From: Sphingomonadales bacterium
GTDB taxonomy: Bacteria > Pseudomonadota > Alphaproteobacteria > Sphingomonadales > Sphingomonadaceae
Direction: 5' to 3'
DNA: 64,000 bases
Assembly (NCBI GenBank): GCA_038221665.1
Contig: JBBRIC010000001.1
Coordinates: 620-64,619 of the forward strand
Below, one piece after another: positions 39,610 through 49,158 of the stretch. The notes under the pieces were generated by a model that saw nothing but the letters and a program-made list of their open reading frames with translations, did not search any database and was not told the origin of the DNA. Each line of letters starts with the position of its first letter. Position 1 is the stretch's first letter. Both the position numbers and the translations under genes were made by a program.

Positions 39610-40500
39610 CTAATTCGACGTCCATTCCGACCGGCGATAGCCTTGCGCGCGCAGCAGCACGGTCAGATCGCCATGGCGGACGGCGGCAGCGGCGGCGGCG
39701 GCCGCCTTTGGTTTGGCATGATAGGCGATGCCGATGCCGGCGGCCTCCAGCATCGGGATGTCGTTGGCGCCATCACCGACGGCCATGGTTTGGGGCAAAG
39801 CCAGGCCATGAGCCGCTGTGGTGGTGACGAGCTCGGCGCGCTTGGTGGCGGCATCGACAATTGGCCGGGCGACGCCGCCGGTCAGCCGGCCATCCGATTC
39901 GAGCAGGACATTGGCGCGCTGGGCGGCAAAGCCGATCTCCGCAGCGACCGGCACGGTGAAGGCGGTGAAGCCACCCGAAACCAGCAGCGTATGCGCGCCG
40001 TGCGCCGTCATCGTGCCGACCAGCAGCCGCGCCCCCGACATCAGGCGGACGCGTTCGTGGCGGCATTGTTCCAACACCTCGACCCCGAGCCCGGCGAGCA
40101 GCGCCACCCGTGCGTCGAGCGCCTGGGCAAAATCCAGATCCCCCCGCATGGCAGCTTCGGTGATCGCGGAGACTTCGGCCTTCAACCCGGCATAATCGGC
40201 CAGTTCATCGATACATTCGCACTGGATCATGGTTGAATCCATATCGGCGATCAGCAGGTGCTTGCGTCTGTGAGGCCCGGATGGCTGCACGATGATGTCG
40301 ATGTCGGGCAACGCCAGTTCCAGCGCAGCGCGCGCCGCCGCCGCCGTGCACCCGGCCGCGTCGATATCGAGCGCATCGCCGGCATCCAGCCAGCATGGCG
40401 CACCGGGTTCGGCGCCGATGCTGCGCAATGCGTCGCTTGCACGCGCCGCATCTGCGGCCGACAAGCGACCCTCTGCCACCAATGTGACCAGCAACCCCAT
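39610..40500 (-). CDS. serB: Phosphoserine phosphatase
   Basis: HAD motif I LIADMDSTMIQCECIDELA, and MAVGDGANDIPML. Start ATG 40500 is preferred (alternatives 40521, 40533, 40608). Confidence 0.88.
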   Translation of the reverse strand: MGLLVTLVAEGRLSAADAARASDALRSIGAEPGAPCWLDAGDALDIDAAGCTAAAARAALELALPDIDIIVQPSGPHRRKHLLIADMDSTMIQCECIDELADYAGLKAEVSAITEAAMRGDLDFAQALDARVALLAGLGVEVLEQCRHERVRLMSGARLLVGTMTAHGAHTLLVSGGFTAFTVPVAAEIGFAAQRANVLLESDGRLTGGVARPIVDAATKRAELVTTTAAHGLALPQTMAVGDGANDIPMLEAAGIGIAYHAKPKAAAAAAAAVRHGDLTVLLRAQGYRRSEWTSN

Positions 40501-40519
40501 GCCTTCGCCCGAAAAACCC

Positions 40520-41401
40520 ATGGTCGCCGTCATCGCAGGGCCAACCGCCAGCGGCAAGTCTGCCCATGCCATGGCAATGGCCGAACGCCTGAATGGCACG
40601 ATCATCAACGCCGACGCCAGCCAGCTTTATGCCGATCTGCGCATCCTGACGGCGCGGCCGACGCCGGCGGACGAAGCACGCGTGCCGCATCGGCTGTATG
40701 GGGTGCTCGATGGCGATGTGATCGCCAGCGCTGCCGCCTGGGCGGGGCTGGCGCGGGTTGAGATCGCGGCTGCCCATGCCGCCGGCCGCTTGCCGATCAT
40801 CGTGGGTGGCACAGGGCTTTACCTGCGCACGCTGATCGATGGCATTGCGCCGATTCCGCCCATCGATGCTGCGATACGCGAAAGCGTCCGGTCTCTGTCG
40901 ACGGCGGCGGCGGCGGCGGCGCTGGCCGGGGAAGACCCGGCAGCGACGGCGCGGCTGATGCCCGGCGACAGGCAACGCATTCTGCGCGCGCTGGAAGTCG
41001 TGCGCAGTACCGGTAGCACGCTGGCGGCATGGCAGCAGCGCCTTGAAGGCGGCATCGCGCGCGATTTCACGCTGTTGAAGCAGATCGTCAACTTGCCGCG
41101 CGACGAACTGCACCGCCGCGCCCGCCAGCGCCTGGGCTTGATGGTGGCAACCGGCGCGATTGCCGAAGCAACAGCCCTTGCCGCCCGCCGCCTGCCCGCG
41201 GATCGACCGGTGATGCGAGCCCTGGGCGTCGCAGAATTTGCGGCGATCACATCGGGGCAGACAGACCTTGCAACCGCCATCGAGCTTGTAGCCATTGCGA
41301 CGCGGCAATATCAAAAACGCCAATCGACCTGGCTGCGCAACCAATTTGCAGACTGGCCAAGCGTTGCCGCAAGCAACCCCGAATCAGCCAGCGCCGATTG
41401 A
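40520..41401 (+). CDS. miaA: tRNA dimethylallyltransferase
   Basis: VIAGPTASGKS P-loop, INADASQLYADLRILTARP, GGTGLY. ATG 40520. Confidence 0.92.
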   Translation: MVAVIAGPTASGKSAHAMAMAERLNGTIINADASQLYADLRILTARPTPADEARVPHRLYGVLDGDVIASAAAWAGLARVEIAAAHAAGRLPIIVGGTGLYLRTLIDGIAPIPPIDAAIRESVRSLSTAAAAAALAGEDPAATARLMPGDRQRILRALEVVRSTGSTLAAWQQRLEGGIARDFTLLKQIVNLPRDELHRRARQRLGLMVATGAIAEATALAARRLPADRPVMRALGVAEFAAITSGQTDLATAIELVAIATRQYQKRQSTWLRNQFADWPSVAASNPESASAD

Positions 41402-41414
41402 CACCAAGCGCTTC

Positions 41415-41639
41415 TAGAGAGTGACGACATTAGGTAGGATCGCCAGGACGGTGGTGATTTTGGTGCGTGGCAAGGAGCGCGGAAAGCAGCGATGCAGCGC
41501 ATCGCTGCCCCAAGGTTCTTTGGCTCGCGACGCCGCTAGGCGCCAAAAGCGACGCCGCCATGCGCCAAAAGCAACACTGCCCCGCAGGGGTTGCCCAAAG
41601 GGCAATCATGGTGATGTTACCTGATGTCATCATGCTCTA
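41415..41639. mobile_element. MITE copy 2 (225 bp; the same family as 4993-5183, with a 34-bp internal expansion)
   Basis: Ends TAGAGAGTGACGACATTAGG ... CCTGATGTCATCATGCTCTA, with the same central hairpin. The extra segment duplicates the GACGCCGC...GCGCCAAAAGC block. Confidence 0.85.
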
Positions 41640-43439
41640 AAGCCCCGCCGCAACGAGCATCGCCGAAGCGCCGCATTCCGCATCATCGGTCGTGGCGCGC
41701 AGCAATGCCAATAGTTCCCGCCCGGTGCCGACCGGTTGCGGTGGCGATGCTGCCGGCGTGCGGGCGGACAGGTCGGCCGTTGTCGAAAGCGCGCCAGTGT
41801 GCGCGCAAAGGCGGATGACGTCGCCATCCTGCAACAGCGCCAAACCGCCGCCGAGCGCTGCTTCGGGGCAGACATGGATGGCGGCCGGCACCTTGCCGCT
41901 GGCGCCCGACATGCGACCGTCGGTGACCAACGCTACCTTGTAGCCGCGATCCTGCAGGACGCCGAGCGCCGGCGTCAGCTTGTGCAGTTCGGGCATGCCA
42001 TTGGCGCGCGGACCCTGAAAACGCACCACGACGACGACATCCTGGTCCAGCTCGCCAGCCTTGAAGGCCGTCAGCACATCATTCTGGTCGGCAAAAACCC
42101 GCGCCGGGGCCTCGATCGTCCAGCGATCATCGCTGATGGCGCTGACCTTGAAAATGGCCCGGCCAAGGTTGCCGCGAACCAGTCGCATGCCGCCATCCGC
42201 AGCAAAGGGCATCGCCACCGGCGCCAGCACCGACAGATCGCTGCTGGCGATGGGCGTTTCGGCCCAGTGCAGCGCCTCGCCATCACGCACGGGCACCTGC
42301 GTCCAGTCGCCAAAGCTGTTGCCGATGGTCTGGATATCGGCATGGGCAAGGCCCGCGCCAACCAGTTCGCGGATGACAAAACCCATGCCGCCGGCCGCGT
42401 GAAAACCGTTCACATCGGTGGCACCACCCGGATAGACCCGGCAGATCAGCGGCACCGCCTGTGACAATCGATCGAAATCTTCCCAATCGATCTGAATGCC
42501 GGCGGCGCGGGCAATCGCTGGCAGATGGATCGCGTGGTTGGTCGATCCACCGGTCGCAAGCAGTCCGACCATGGCATTGACGATGGCATGTTCATCGACG
42601 ATTTTGCCCAGCGGCCGCGGATCGCTGCCGCCATTGCCGATCGCCACCAGCCGATGCATGGCGGCGCGATTGAGATTGTTGCGCAGCGGATTGCCCGGAT
42701 TTACAAAGCTTGATCCCGGCAATTGCAGCCCCATCATTTCAAGCAGCATCTGGTTGGAATTGGCCGTGCCGTAAAATGTGCAGGTGCCGGCGGCGTGATA
42801 AGATGCCGCTTCGGCGTCGAGCAGTTCGTCTTTTGTGGCCTTCCCCTCGGCGTATAACTGCCTGATCCGGGCTTTTTCCTTGTTGGCCAGCCCCGATGGC
42901 ATCGGCCCTGCCGGCACGAAAACCGCCGGCAGATGTCCGAAACGCAAGGCGCCGATCAACAGGCCCGGGACGATCTTGTCACAAATCCCGAGCAGCGCGA
43001 TGCCATCGAACATGGCGTGGCTGAGCGCGACCGCCGTCGCCATGGCAATGACATCGCGGCTGCCCAGCGACAGGTCCATGCCCGCCTGGCCTTGCGTCAC
43101 GCCATCGCACATCGCTGGCACACCGCCTGCAACCTGCGCGGTGGCGCCAACTTCGCGGGCGAATAATTTCAGCTGTTCGGGATAGCGGCCATAGGGCTGA
43201 TGCGCCGACAACATGTCATTATAGGCGGTGACGATGCCGATGTTCATGGCAATGCCGCCGCGTATATCGGCCTTGTCGGCGCCGGCCGCTGCAAAGCCAT
43301 GCGCAAGATTTCCGCAGGATAGCTGGCCACGCGCTGTCCCGGTATCCGCCTCGGCTGCGATGAAATCGAGGTAGCGACGCCGGCTTGCGGCTGATTTTGT
43401 GACGATATTTTCGGTCACCGCCGCAACGGTCGGGTGCAT
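41637..43439 (-). CDS. edd: Phosphogluconate dehydratase (Entner-Doudoroff)
   Basis: [39 protein letters not shown] and [20 protein letters not shown] are collinear with Edd. ATG 43439; the 757-aa ORF-track extension is rejected. Confidence 0.93.
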   Translation of the reverse strand: MHPTVAAVTENIVTKSAASRRRYLDFIAAEADTGTARGQLSCGNLAHGFAAAGADKADIRGGIAMNIGIVTAYNDMLSAHQPYGRYPEQLKLFAREVGATAQVAGGVPAMCDGVTQGQAGMDLSLGSRDVIAMATAVALSHAMFDGIALLGICDKIVPGLLIGALRFGHLPAVFVPAGPMPSGLANKEKARIRQLYAEGKATKDELLDAEAASYHAAGTCTFYGTANSNQMLLEMMGLQLPGSSFVNPGNPLRNNLNRAAMHRLVAIGNGGSDPRPLGKIVDEHAIVNAMVGLLATGGSTNHAIHLPAIARAAGIQIDWEDFDRLSQAVPLICRVYPGGATDVNGFHAAGGMGFVIRELVGAGLAHADIQTIGNSFGDWTQVPVRDGEALHWAETPIASSDLSVLAPVAMPFAADGGMRLVRGNLGRAIFKVSAISDDRWTIEAPARVFADQNDVLTAFKAGELDQDVVVVVRFQGPRANGMPELHKLTPALGVLQDRGYKVALVTDGRMSGASGKVPAAIHVCPEAALGGGLALLQDGDVIRLCAHTGALSTTADLSARTPAASPPQPVGTGRELLALLRATTDDAECGASAMLVAAGL

Positions 43440-43444
43440 TGTCG

Positions 43445-43813
43445 TCAAGAATATTCTCCTGATGGCGCCGGCAGATTTGCCAGAATCCGCGCCGCAAACG
43501 GCTGTGCTGCCGCCGTAGCGCAGGCCTGCATGGCGCGATAGTCGGCCAGCACTGCCAGCCCCAATGTCGTCAGCATGGTGCCACCGCCATGTTCGCCGCC
43601 CCGCGCCGTCACCGCCACTGGCGCTGCAAAACAGGCGTTCATGGTTTCCAGCATTTGCCAGGCGCGACGATAGCTGAGCCGTTTGGCGCGGGCGGCGGCA
43701 GCGATCGAGCCCGTTGCGGCAATGGCCTCCAGAAGGTCTGCCTTGCCGGGGCCGATGGCGATCGCTGAATCGACATGCAATCGCAAGCTGAGGCCGAGCC
43801 GATGGTCCGTCAT
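43445..43813 (-). CDS. ModE N-terminal-like winged-helix transcriptional regulator (122 aa)
   Basis: [43 protein letters not shown]...ARGGEHGGG, typical of the ModE/LysR-type HTH. ATG 43813. Confidence 0.78.
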   Translation of the reverse strand: MTDHRLGLSLRLHVDSAIAIGPGKADLLEAIAATGSIAAAARAKRLSYRRAWQMLETMNACFAAPVAVTARGGEHGGGTMLTTLGLAVLADYRAMQACATAAAQPFAARILANLPAPSGEYS

Positions 43814-44008
43814 AGGGAGCACAATAGCAAAAGGCCGGGCAAAAAGCGAAAGGCCCGAGCCATAATCCTGACCATTGCCAACCGCCGCCAATTCGCCATG
43901 ATGCAGGCAAAGCCGTGCGACCTGCTGCCGGGTCAAAAGCGGATGCAACCCGGACAGACAGCTTGGGAGGGCCGCATCAAACCACGCACCGCAGCCGAGA
44001 CAGAAGGC

Positions 44009-45394
44009 ATGGTGCGCCCGAAAGTGCAGCCATCGGCGCGGGCGGCTGGTGCCTGGTCGCTGGCCCAGGCCACGCGCGATCCTTATGTGATCCTGATCAC
44101 CATCTATATTTTTGCGCCTTATTTCGTCACCCGCGTGGTTGGCGATCCGGTTGTCGGACAATCTCTGGTAGCCGGCGCTGCCAAATGGGGCGGCTGGACG
44201 GTGGCGTTGACGGCCCCGCTGATCGGCGCCGTCGTCGATCGCTTGGGGCCGCGCAAGCCCTGGCTGGCAATCGTTACGGCGTTGATGGTCATCGCCAATG
44301 CACTGCTATGGTTCGCCTTGCCGGGTGGCGCCGGCCTGCCGATTTCAATGAGCCTGTTCATTTTCGCAGCGCTGACCGCGCTCGTGTCTTGGCATGATTT
44401 GTTGCACAACGCCCTGTTGCTGCCGGCGGCCGGCATGGCGGGCGCGGGCCGTGCCTCGGGCCATGGCCTTGCAGGCGCCAATTTTGTTTCGCTGCTGATG
44501 CTGGTCGGCGTCCTGATCGCCTTTGCCCTGCCGGGTCAGGTCGATTGGGGTTTTATTCCGGCCAAACCGCTGTTCGGGCTCGATCCGGCGGCGGGGCAGA
44601 CCGACCGGATCACCGGGCCGATTGTGGCGATTGTCATGGCGCTGGGTGCAATTCCGCTGTTTTTGCTGGTGCCCGATATGCCGCGCACTTCGACCGGCCT
44701 GGGACAGGCCATCCGCGCCGGCGCCGGTGATCTGGCGGCATTGGTGCGCGAAGCACGCGGCAACCGCAACGCGCTCACCTATCTCGGCGCCCGGATGGTC
44801 TATACCGATGGCCTGACCGGCATTCTGGTCTTTGGCGGGCTGTATGCGGCGGGCGTCATGGGCTGGCAGACGCTTGAGATGCTCGGCTATGGCATCACAT
44901 TGTCGGTCGCGGCGGTGATCGGCGGCCTGCTGGCGGGAAAACTCGATGGCCTGCTTGGCCCCAAATCGACGGTCAAACTGCAGATCGGCGGCGCGATCCT
45001 GTTCCAGACATTGCTGCTGGGGATTGGGCCCAAACAGCTGTTCTGGCGGCCATGGGAAGGTCCAAAGCTTTGGGACGGCCCCATGTTTACCAGCCTGCCG
45101 GAAATCGTCTTTCTGGGCCTTGGCTGCGGCGTCGCCATATCGGTCAGTGGCGCCTATGCCTCGTCGCGCACCTTGCTCACAAGGGTGGCGCCGCCCGAGC
45201 GGATGGGCGTGTTCTTTGGGCTTTATGCGCTTGCCGGCACCGCCACCATGTGGCTGGGGCCGCTGCTCGTCGAAATCGCCACGCGGGGCGGCGGCAGCCA
45301 GGCCTGGGGCATGGTGCCGATTATAGGCATGCTGGTTGTTGGCTTCATGCTGATGTTTCTGGTCAAGGGCGGTGGCCGGGATCTGCCGGACTGA
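44009..45394 (+). CDS. MFS transporter, UMF1 (Atg22-like) family
   Basis: RDPYVILITIYIFAPYF signature and 12 hydrophobic segments. ATG 44009. Confidence 0.8.
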   Translation: MVRPKVQPSARAAGAWSLAQATRDPYVILITIYIFAPYFVTRVVGDPVVGQSLVAGAAKWGGWTVALTAPLIGAVVDRLGPRKPWLAIVTALMVIANALLWFALPGGAGLPISMSLFIFAALTALVSWHDLLHNALLLPAAGMAGAGRASGHGLAGANFVSLLMLVGVLIAFALPGQVDWGFIPAKPLFGLDPAAGQTDRITGPIVAIVMALGAIPLFLLVPDMPRTSTGLGQAIRAGAGDLAALVREARGNRNALTYLGARMVYTDGLTGILVFGGLYAAGVMGWQTLEMLGYGITLSVAAVIGGLLAGKLDGLLGPKSTVKLQIGGAILFQTLLLGIGPKQLFWRPWEGPKLWDGPMFTSLPEIVFLGLGCGVAISVSGAYASSRTLLTRVAPPERMGVFFGLYALAGTATMWLGPLLVEIATRGGGSQAWGMVPIIGMLVVGFMLMFLVKGGGRDLPD

Positions 45395-45402
45395 ACGCTG
45401 AT

Positions 45403-45933
45403 TCACGCACCAGCCAAGGCGCCGGCCTCCGGGTCCTCGATCGCCAGCAACCGCCCCGCTGCCCGCCGTGCAAATCGCAACGTTTCGGCCTTGCGCCGCG
45501 CCGGTGACAGAGGCTGCCAGGCTGCCGGGCGCAATTCCTCGGCATCGAAACGATCGGCGACAATCAGCCCGCAGCGATCGGGCGCAAAGGCCGGTGTTTC
45601 GAACAGATCGAGCCGAAAACCCGGTGGCACTGCCCAGAAAAAACGGTCGCAATACGCCAGATATTCGGGCCATTTGCGATCGCCGCGCAAATCGGCAATC
45701 GATATTTTTATCTCGATGATGGTCAGCCGGCCCTGCGCATCGAGGCCCATGATATCGGCGCGCCGGCCACCGCCAAGCGGCATTTCGGGAAGCACCGCAA
45801 TGTCCGCCCGCCAGAGCAGCCGCGATACGCCCCGCACCACATCAAGTGCTGTATTGCGGGCATTGTCGGCGAAAATCATCCTTGCCATAAAGCAGAACAG
45901 GAGATGAACATCAACGGGCGGCGTATACCGCAC
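45403..45933 (-). CDS. mmcB: MmcB family DNA repair protein (PD-(D/E)XK-like)
   Basis: GGGRRADIMGLDAQGRLTIIEIKISIADLRGDRKWPEYLAYCDRFFWAVP. Confidence 0.8.
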   Translation of the reverse strand: MRYTPPVDVHLLFCFMARMIFADNARNTALDVVRGVSRLLWRADIAVLPEMPLGGGRRADIMGLDAQGRLTIIEIKISIADLRGDRKWPEYLAYCDRFFWAVPPGFRLDLFETPAFAPDRCGLIVADRFDAEELRPAAWQPLSPARRKAETLRFARRAAGRLLAIEDPEAGALAGA

Positions 45934-45944
45934 CTGGCATAGTA

Positions 45945-46649
45945 TCAGCGGTAGAAAACGTGCCGCCCGATTTGCGCTACGCGGGTTTTGCCGTGCCAGT
46001 TAGGGTTCACATAGGTGGCGTGGAAAGACATGGCGCCGGGCGCGACATCGTGCCATTTGTCGCCGGTTGCGATCAGGGCGATGGCCTTGGCGGTATCCCA
46101 GTCCTTGCCGGCGGCCGGCGTGCGGCTGCGATCAAAGCTGAACTGGCGGGGTTGATTGACGACACCGCAGACGCTGCTGGCATAGCGGCCCGATTGGGCG
46201 CGGTTCAAAATTGCCTGGGCGACGGCAAGCTGGCCCTCCAGGGGCTCACCGCGCGATTCAAAATAAACCGCAGTAGCGAGACAGCGCAGATTGCTGTCAT
46301 TGGCTATCGCGTCGGGATCCTGGTCCATGGCGACGACGAGCGTTGCCAGCGCCATGGGGCGTTCGGCGCCGATCCGCGGGAGGCTGATTTCAGGCGCCGA
46401 AATTTCATCGCTGACCGCAGCAGCGATATCGGCCGGGGTGGTTTCAGCCAGCGCGGCATTGGCGGCGCGGGCGTCTTCGGCGCTGATCGGCGCCAATATC
46501 GCATCGGTCCATCCAGAGCCCTGATTGACGTTTCCGCTAATCGAGCGGTCGCTGTTCGTGGCATCACCGGCGGCGACCAGAATGACGGAAGCGGCGGCGA
46601 GAAGGAACACGCGGGCCAGTGCAGTGTTAGAGCTAAAGCCAAAGATCAT
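45945..46649 (-). CDS. SleB-like cell wall hydrolase (Hydrolase_2 family)
   Basis: Signal-anchor N-terminus, LATAVYFESRGEPLEGQLAVAQAILNR, YFHATYVNPNW-like C-terminus. Confidence 0.82.
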   Translation of the reverse strand: MIFGFSSNTALARVFLLAAASVILVAAGDATNSDRSISGNVNQGSGWTDAILAPISAEDARAANAALAETTPADIAAAVSDEISAPEISLPRIGAERPMALATLVVAMDQDPDAIANDSNLRCLATAVYFESRGEPLEGQLAVAQAILNRAQSGRYASSVCGVVNQPRQFSFDRSRTPAAGKDWDTAKAIALIATGDKWHDVAPGAMSFHATYVNPNWHGKTRVAQIGRHVFYR

Positions 46650-46830
46650 TCAAATTACATTCGAGCACGGCCTTTTCCGGGATCGCTTCCGGATGAGGCA
46701 CCTCCCGACGGGGGTGAGTCATCCCTGGCTGGGCTGAAGCCCGGTCCGGTCCGCTTCGGTATATAAACGACAATCCACCCAAGGACCGTCCAAACATTGC
46801 CCGTCGCTGAACGGCAGATGACCGGCGCGG

Positions 46831-47154
46831 TCAATCCTGGCCAAAGGTTTCGGCGATGAACCGTGCGGCGTCGGGGATATCCAGTTCCAATATCCAAAGA
46901 TCAGGATCGTTGCGGCGATTGCGTTCGATCCAGCCGGTGATGGCATCGCCCGTTGCTGCTTCGATCCAGCGATAATCACCGGATTCGCCCAGCGCCGGCT
47001 GCAACAAGGCCATGGCGCCACGATCACGGGCGACAATGGCGATGCTGCCGGCGGTATCATCGCCGCGCGCCACAACGACGCCGAACCCGCCGGCGCTGCC
47101 CACCCGACGCAGCAATGCCGAGACTTTTACGCTGCTGGCGAGACGCGGCAGCAT
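46831..47154 (-). CDS. DUF1491 family protein
   Basis: 107 aa; VSALLRRV...GFGVVVARGDDTAGSIAIV...DLWILELD pattern. Confidence 0.7.
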   Translation of the reverse strand: MLPRLASSVKVSALLRRVGSAGGFGVVVARGDDTAGSIAIVARDRGAMALLQPALGESGDYRWIEAATGDAITGWIERNRRNDPDLWILELDIPDAARFIAETFGQD

Positions 47155-47164
47155 CCGGCGTGGC

Positions 47165-47584
47165 TCAGGCGGCGCGGGCGGTGATCGTGCTGCGCAGCGT
47201 CGCCAAAGTCGCCGGATCGCGCAGGGCGCGGCTGATTCGGGCCAACGCCTTCAGATGGTCGGCGCCGGCGCCTTCGGGCGAAAGCAGCAGCACTGCGATA
47301 TCCACCGGAATCTCGTCGATGGCGCCATAGTCGACGGGATTTTCCAATTGCGCCAGCACCACGGTCACCGCGGCCAGCCCGGCAATCCGGGCATGGGGAA
47401 TAGCGGCGCCGCCGCCAAAACCCGTGGTGCCAAGCGCTTCGCGTTGTAGCAGGCGCTCAACGATCAACGACGGCGATTGTCCCGAAATAGCAGCCGCGGT
47501 CGCGGCCAGGACGTCAAACAGCGCCGCCTTGTCCGCCGCCACAACTGCCGTCAGCGCCCGATCCGCCGCGATCATGTCCGCCAT
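47165..47584 (-). CDS. ptsN: PTS IIA-like nitrogen regulatory protein (EIIA-Ntr)
   Basis: EALGTTGFGGGAAIPHARI with the phosphorylatable His, and position after hpf. ATG 47584. Confidence 0.85.
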   Translation of the reverse strand: MADMIAADRALTAVVAADKAALFDVLAATAAAISGQSPSLIVERLLQREALGTTGFGGGAAIPHARIAGLAAVTVVLAQLENPVDYGAIDEIPVDIAVLLLSPEGAGADHLKALARISRALRDPATLATLRSTITARAA

Positions 47585-47606
47585 ATAATACTCACCGCAA
47601 ATAGTC

Positions 47607-48227
47607 TCATGTTGCCGTAACAACGGCCTTGCCGCGTGGTTCCACCCAGCCGATGCTGCCATCGTCGCGGCGGTAGACCATATTATGGTCGCCGCTGACA
47701 CTGTTGACGAACAACAAGGCATTTGTGTTGCGTAAATCCAGCATCATGACCGCATCGCCAACGCTGGCGCGGGGGATATCGACCCGGGTTTCAGCGATGA
47801 CCAGTGGCGAATCACCCTGTGGCTCATCTTCTTCGGCGACCGCTGCAAAAACCTTGTAATCGGCATTGTCCAGCATGACCGTCGCTGCCGCACCGGCGGC
47901 GCGTTCGGCGGCTCTGTCGGCACCGGGGCCATGGCGATCCTTCAACCGCCGCATGTAACGGCGCAATTGCTTGTCGATGCGATCGGCGGCGCCATCAAAG
48001 GCAGGATTGGCCTCGACGGCGCGATTGGAGCCTTTCAGGATGATGTCGGCCATCACATGCATGACGATATCGCAGGAAAAATGACCGTGCGGCGCCGGCG
48101 ACAGCGTCACCTGCGCAGACAGCGCGCGCGGAAAATATTTTTCGATCATCGCGGTCAGCCGATCCCGAACCAAGGTGGCAAAGGCTGACCCGGTTTCGAC
48201 CTGACGACCTGCAATCCGGATATCCAT
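47607..48227 (-). CDS. hpf: Ribosome hibernation promoting factor (long HPF)
   Basis: N-terminal RaiA/HPF domain (MDIRIAGRQVETGSAF...) and a C-terminal dimerisation-type domain (DGSIGWVEPR). GAGGAG lies upstream of ATG 48227. Confidence 0.88.
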   Translation of the reverse strand: MDIRIAGRQVETGSAFATLVRDRLTAMIEKYFPRALSAQVTLSPAPHGHFSCDIVMHVMADIILKGSNRAVEANPAFDGAADRIDKQLRRYMRRLKDRHGPGADRAAERAAGAAATVMLDNADYKVFAAVAEEDEPQGDSPLVIAETRVDIPRASVGDAVMMLDLRNTNALLFVNSVSGDHNMVYRRDDGSIGWVEPRGKAVVTAT

Positions 48228-48327
48228 GGGCATTCTCCTCATCAACAAACACCGCCGCGGCGATTTTGCGATGCCCGGACCGGCGTCGGATCATTGACCC
48301 GGATGCTATGGGACAACAACCCGGCGC

Positions 48328-48993
48328 TCAATGCAACCAGAGGGGGTCCTTCAAGCCGGCGACAAAGGCCGCATGACGGTCCAGTTCTGCCGTCGAGGCG
48401 CTGTGTTCGCGCGTCGCAAAGCTGATTCGCTCCGCAGGCGGCGTTTCGACAACCGATTGCGATGCAAGATCCAAACCGATCTGGCGGCCACCGGTCAATT
48501 CGACATAGACCTGCGCCAGCAGCTCCGCATCGAGCAGGGCGCCATGCTTGGTGCGCGCCGACAGGTCGATATTATAACGGGTGCAAAGCCCATCGAGGCC
48601 GTTTTTGCCGCCCGGGTGTTTTTTGCGGGCGATTTCCAGCGTGTCGATGGCGCGCGAATGCGGGATCACCGGCTTGCCGCAGCGCTTCAGCTCCCAATTC
48701 AGAAATTCCATATCGAAAACCGCATTATGGGCGACCAGCGGATCATCACCGATAAAGGCCAGAAATTCATCGATGACCGATTCAAAGATCGGCTGTCCGG
48801 TCAGGAAATCCGACGACAGGCCATGCACTGCCTGGGCATCCTTTGGCATCGGCCGCAGCGGGTCGACATAGCTGTGAAACGTCCGGCCCGTGACGATCCT
48901 GCCGACCATTTCAACGGCGCCGATCTCGACGATACGATGGCCATCGCCCGGGAAAATCCCGGTGGTTTCGGTGTCAAAAACAATTTCGCGCAT
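48328..48993 (-). CDS. dnaQ: DNA polymerase III subunit epsilon (3'-5' exonuclease)
   Basis: Exo I VFDTETTG, Exo II VAHNAVFDMEFL, Exo III HGALLDAELLAQVY. ATG 48993. Confidence 0.93.
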   Translation of the reverse strand: MREIVFDTETTGIFPGDGHRIVEIGAVEMVGRIVTGRTFHSYVDPLRPMPKDAQAVHGLSSDFLTGQPIFESVIDEFLAFIGDDPLVAHNAVFDMEFLNWELKRCGKPVIPHSRAIDTLEIARKKHPGGKNGLDGLCTRYNIDLSARTKHGALLDAELLAQVYVELTGGRQIGLDLASQSVVETPPAERISFATREHSASTAELDRHAAFVAGLKDPLWLH

Positions 48994-49158
48994 AGGCCGT
49001 CGCTGTAGCGCCAAAGCCCGGCGTGACAAGCGGCAATGTCTAGAACCCTCCCGCCGCCGCCAGCGAAAATTCAGGCCCGGGCGCCAAAACCCTGAACTTT
49101 CGCGGCCGCTCGCAGGCGCTGGCCAAAGCGGCATGGTTACCAACAATGACGTTCAATT

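Noticed and set aside
41637-43910. ORF-track N-terminal extensions suggesting much larger or fused proteins: the 757-aa edd ORF, plus 28818-30728 (lnt), 30616-32052 (metK), 43445-44161, 43775-45394, 28298-29365 and 1641-2804.
   Set aside because: The extensions are low-complexity, overlap neighbouring genes, and family-typical N-termini begin at internal ATGs. Starts were reassigned accordingly.
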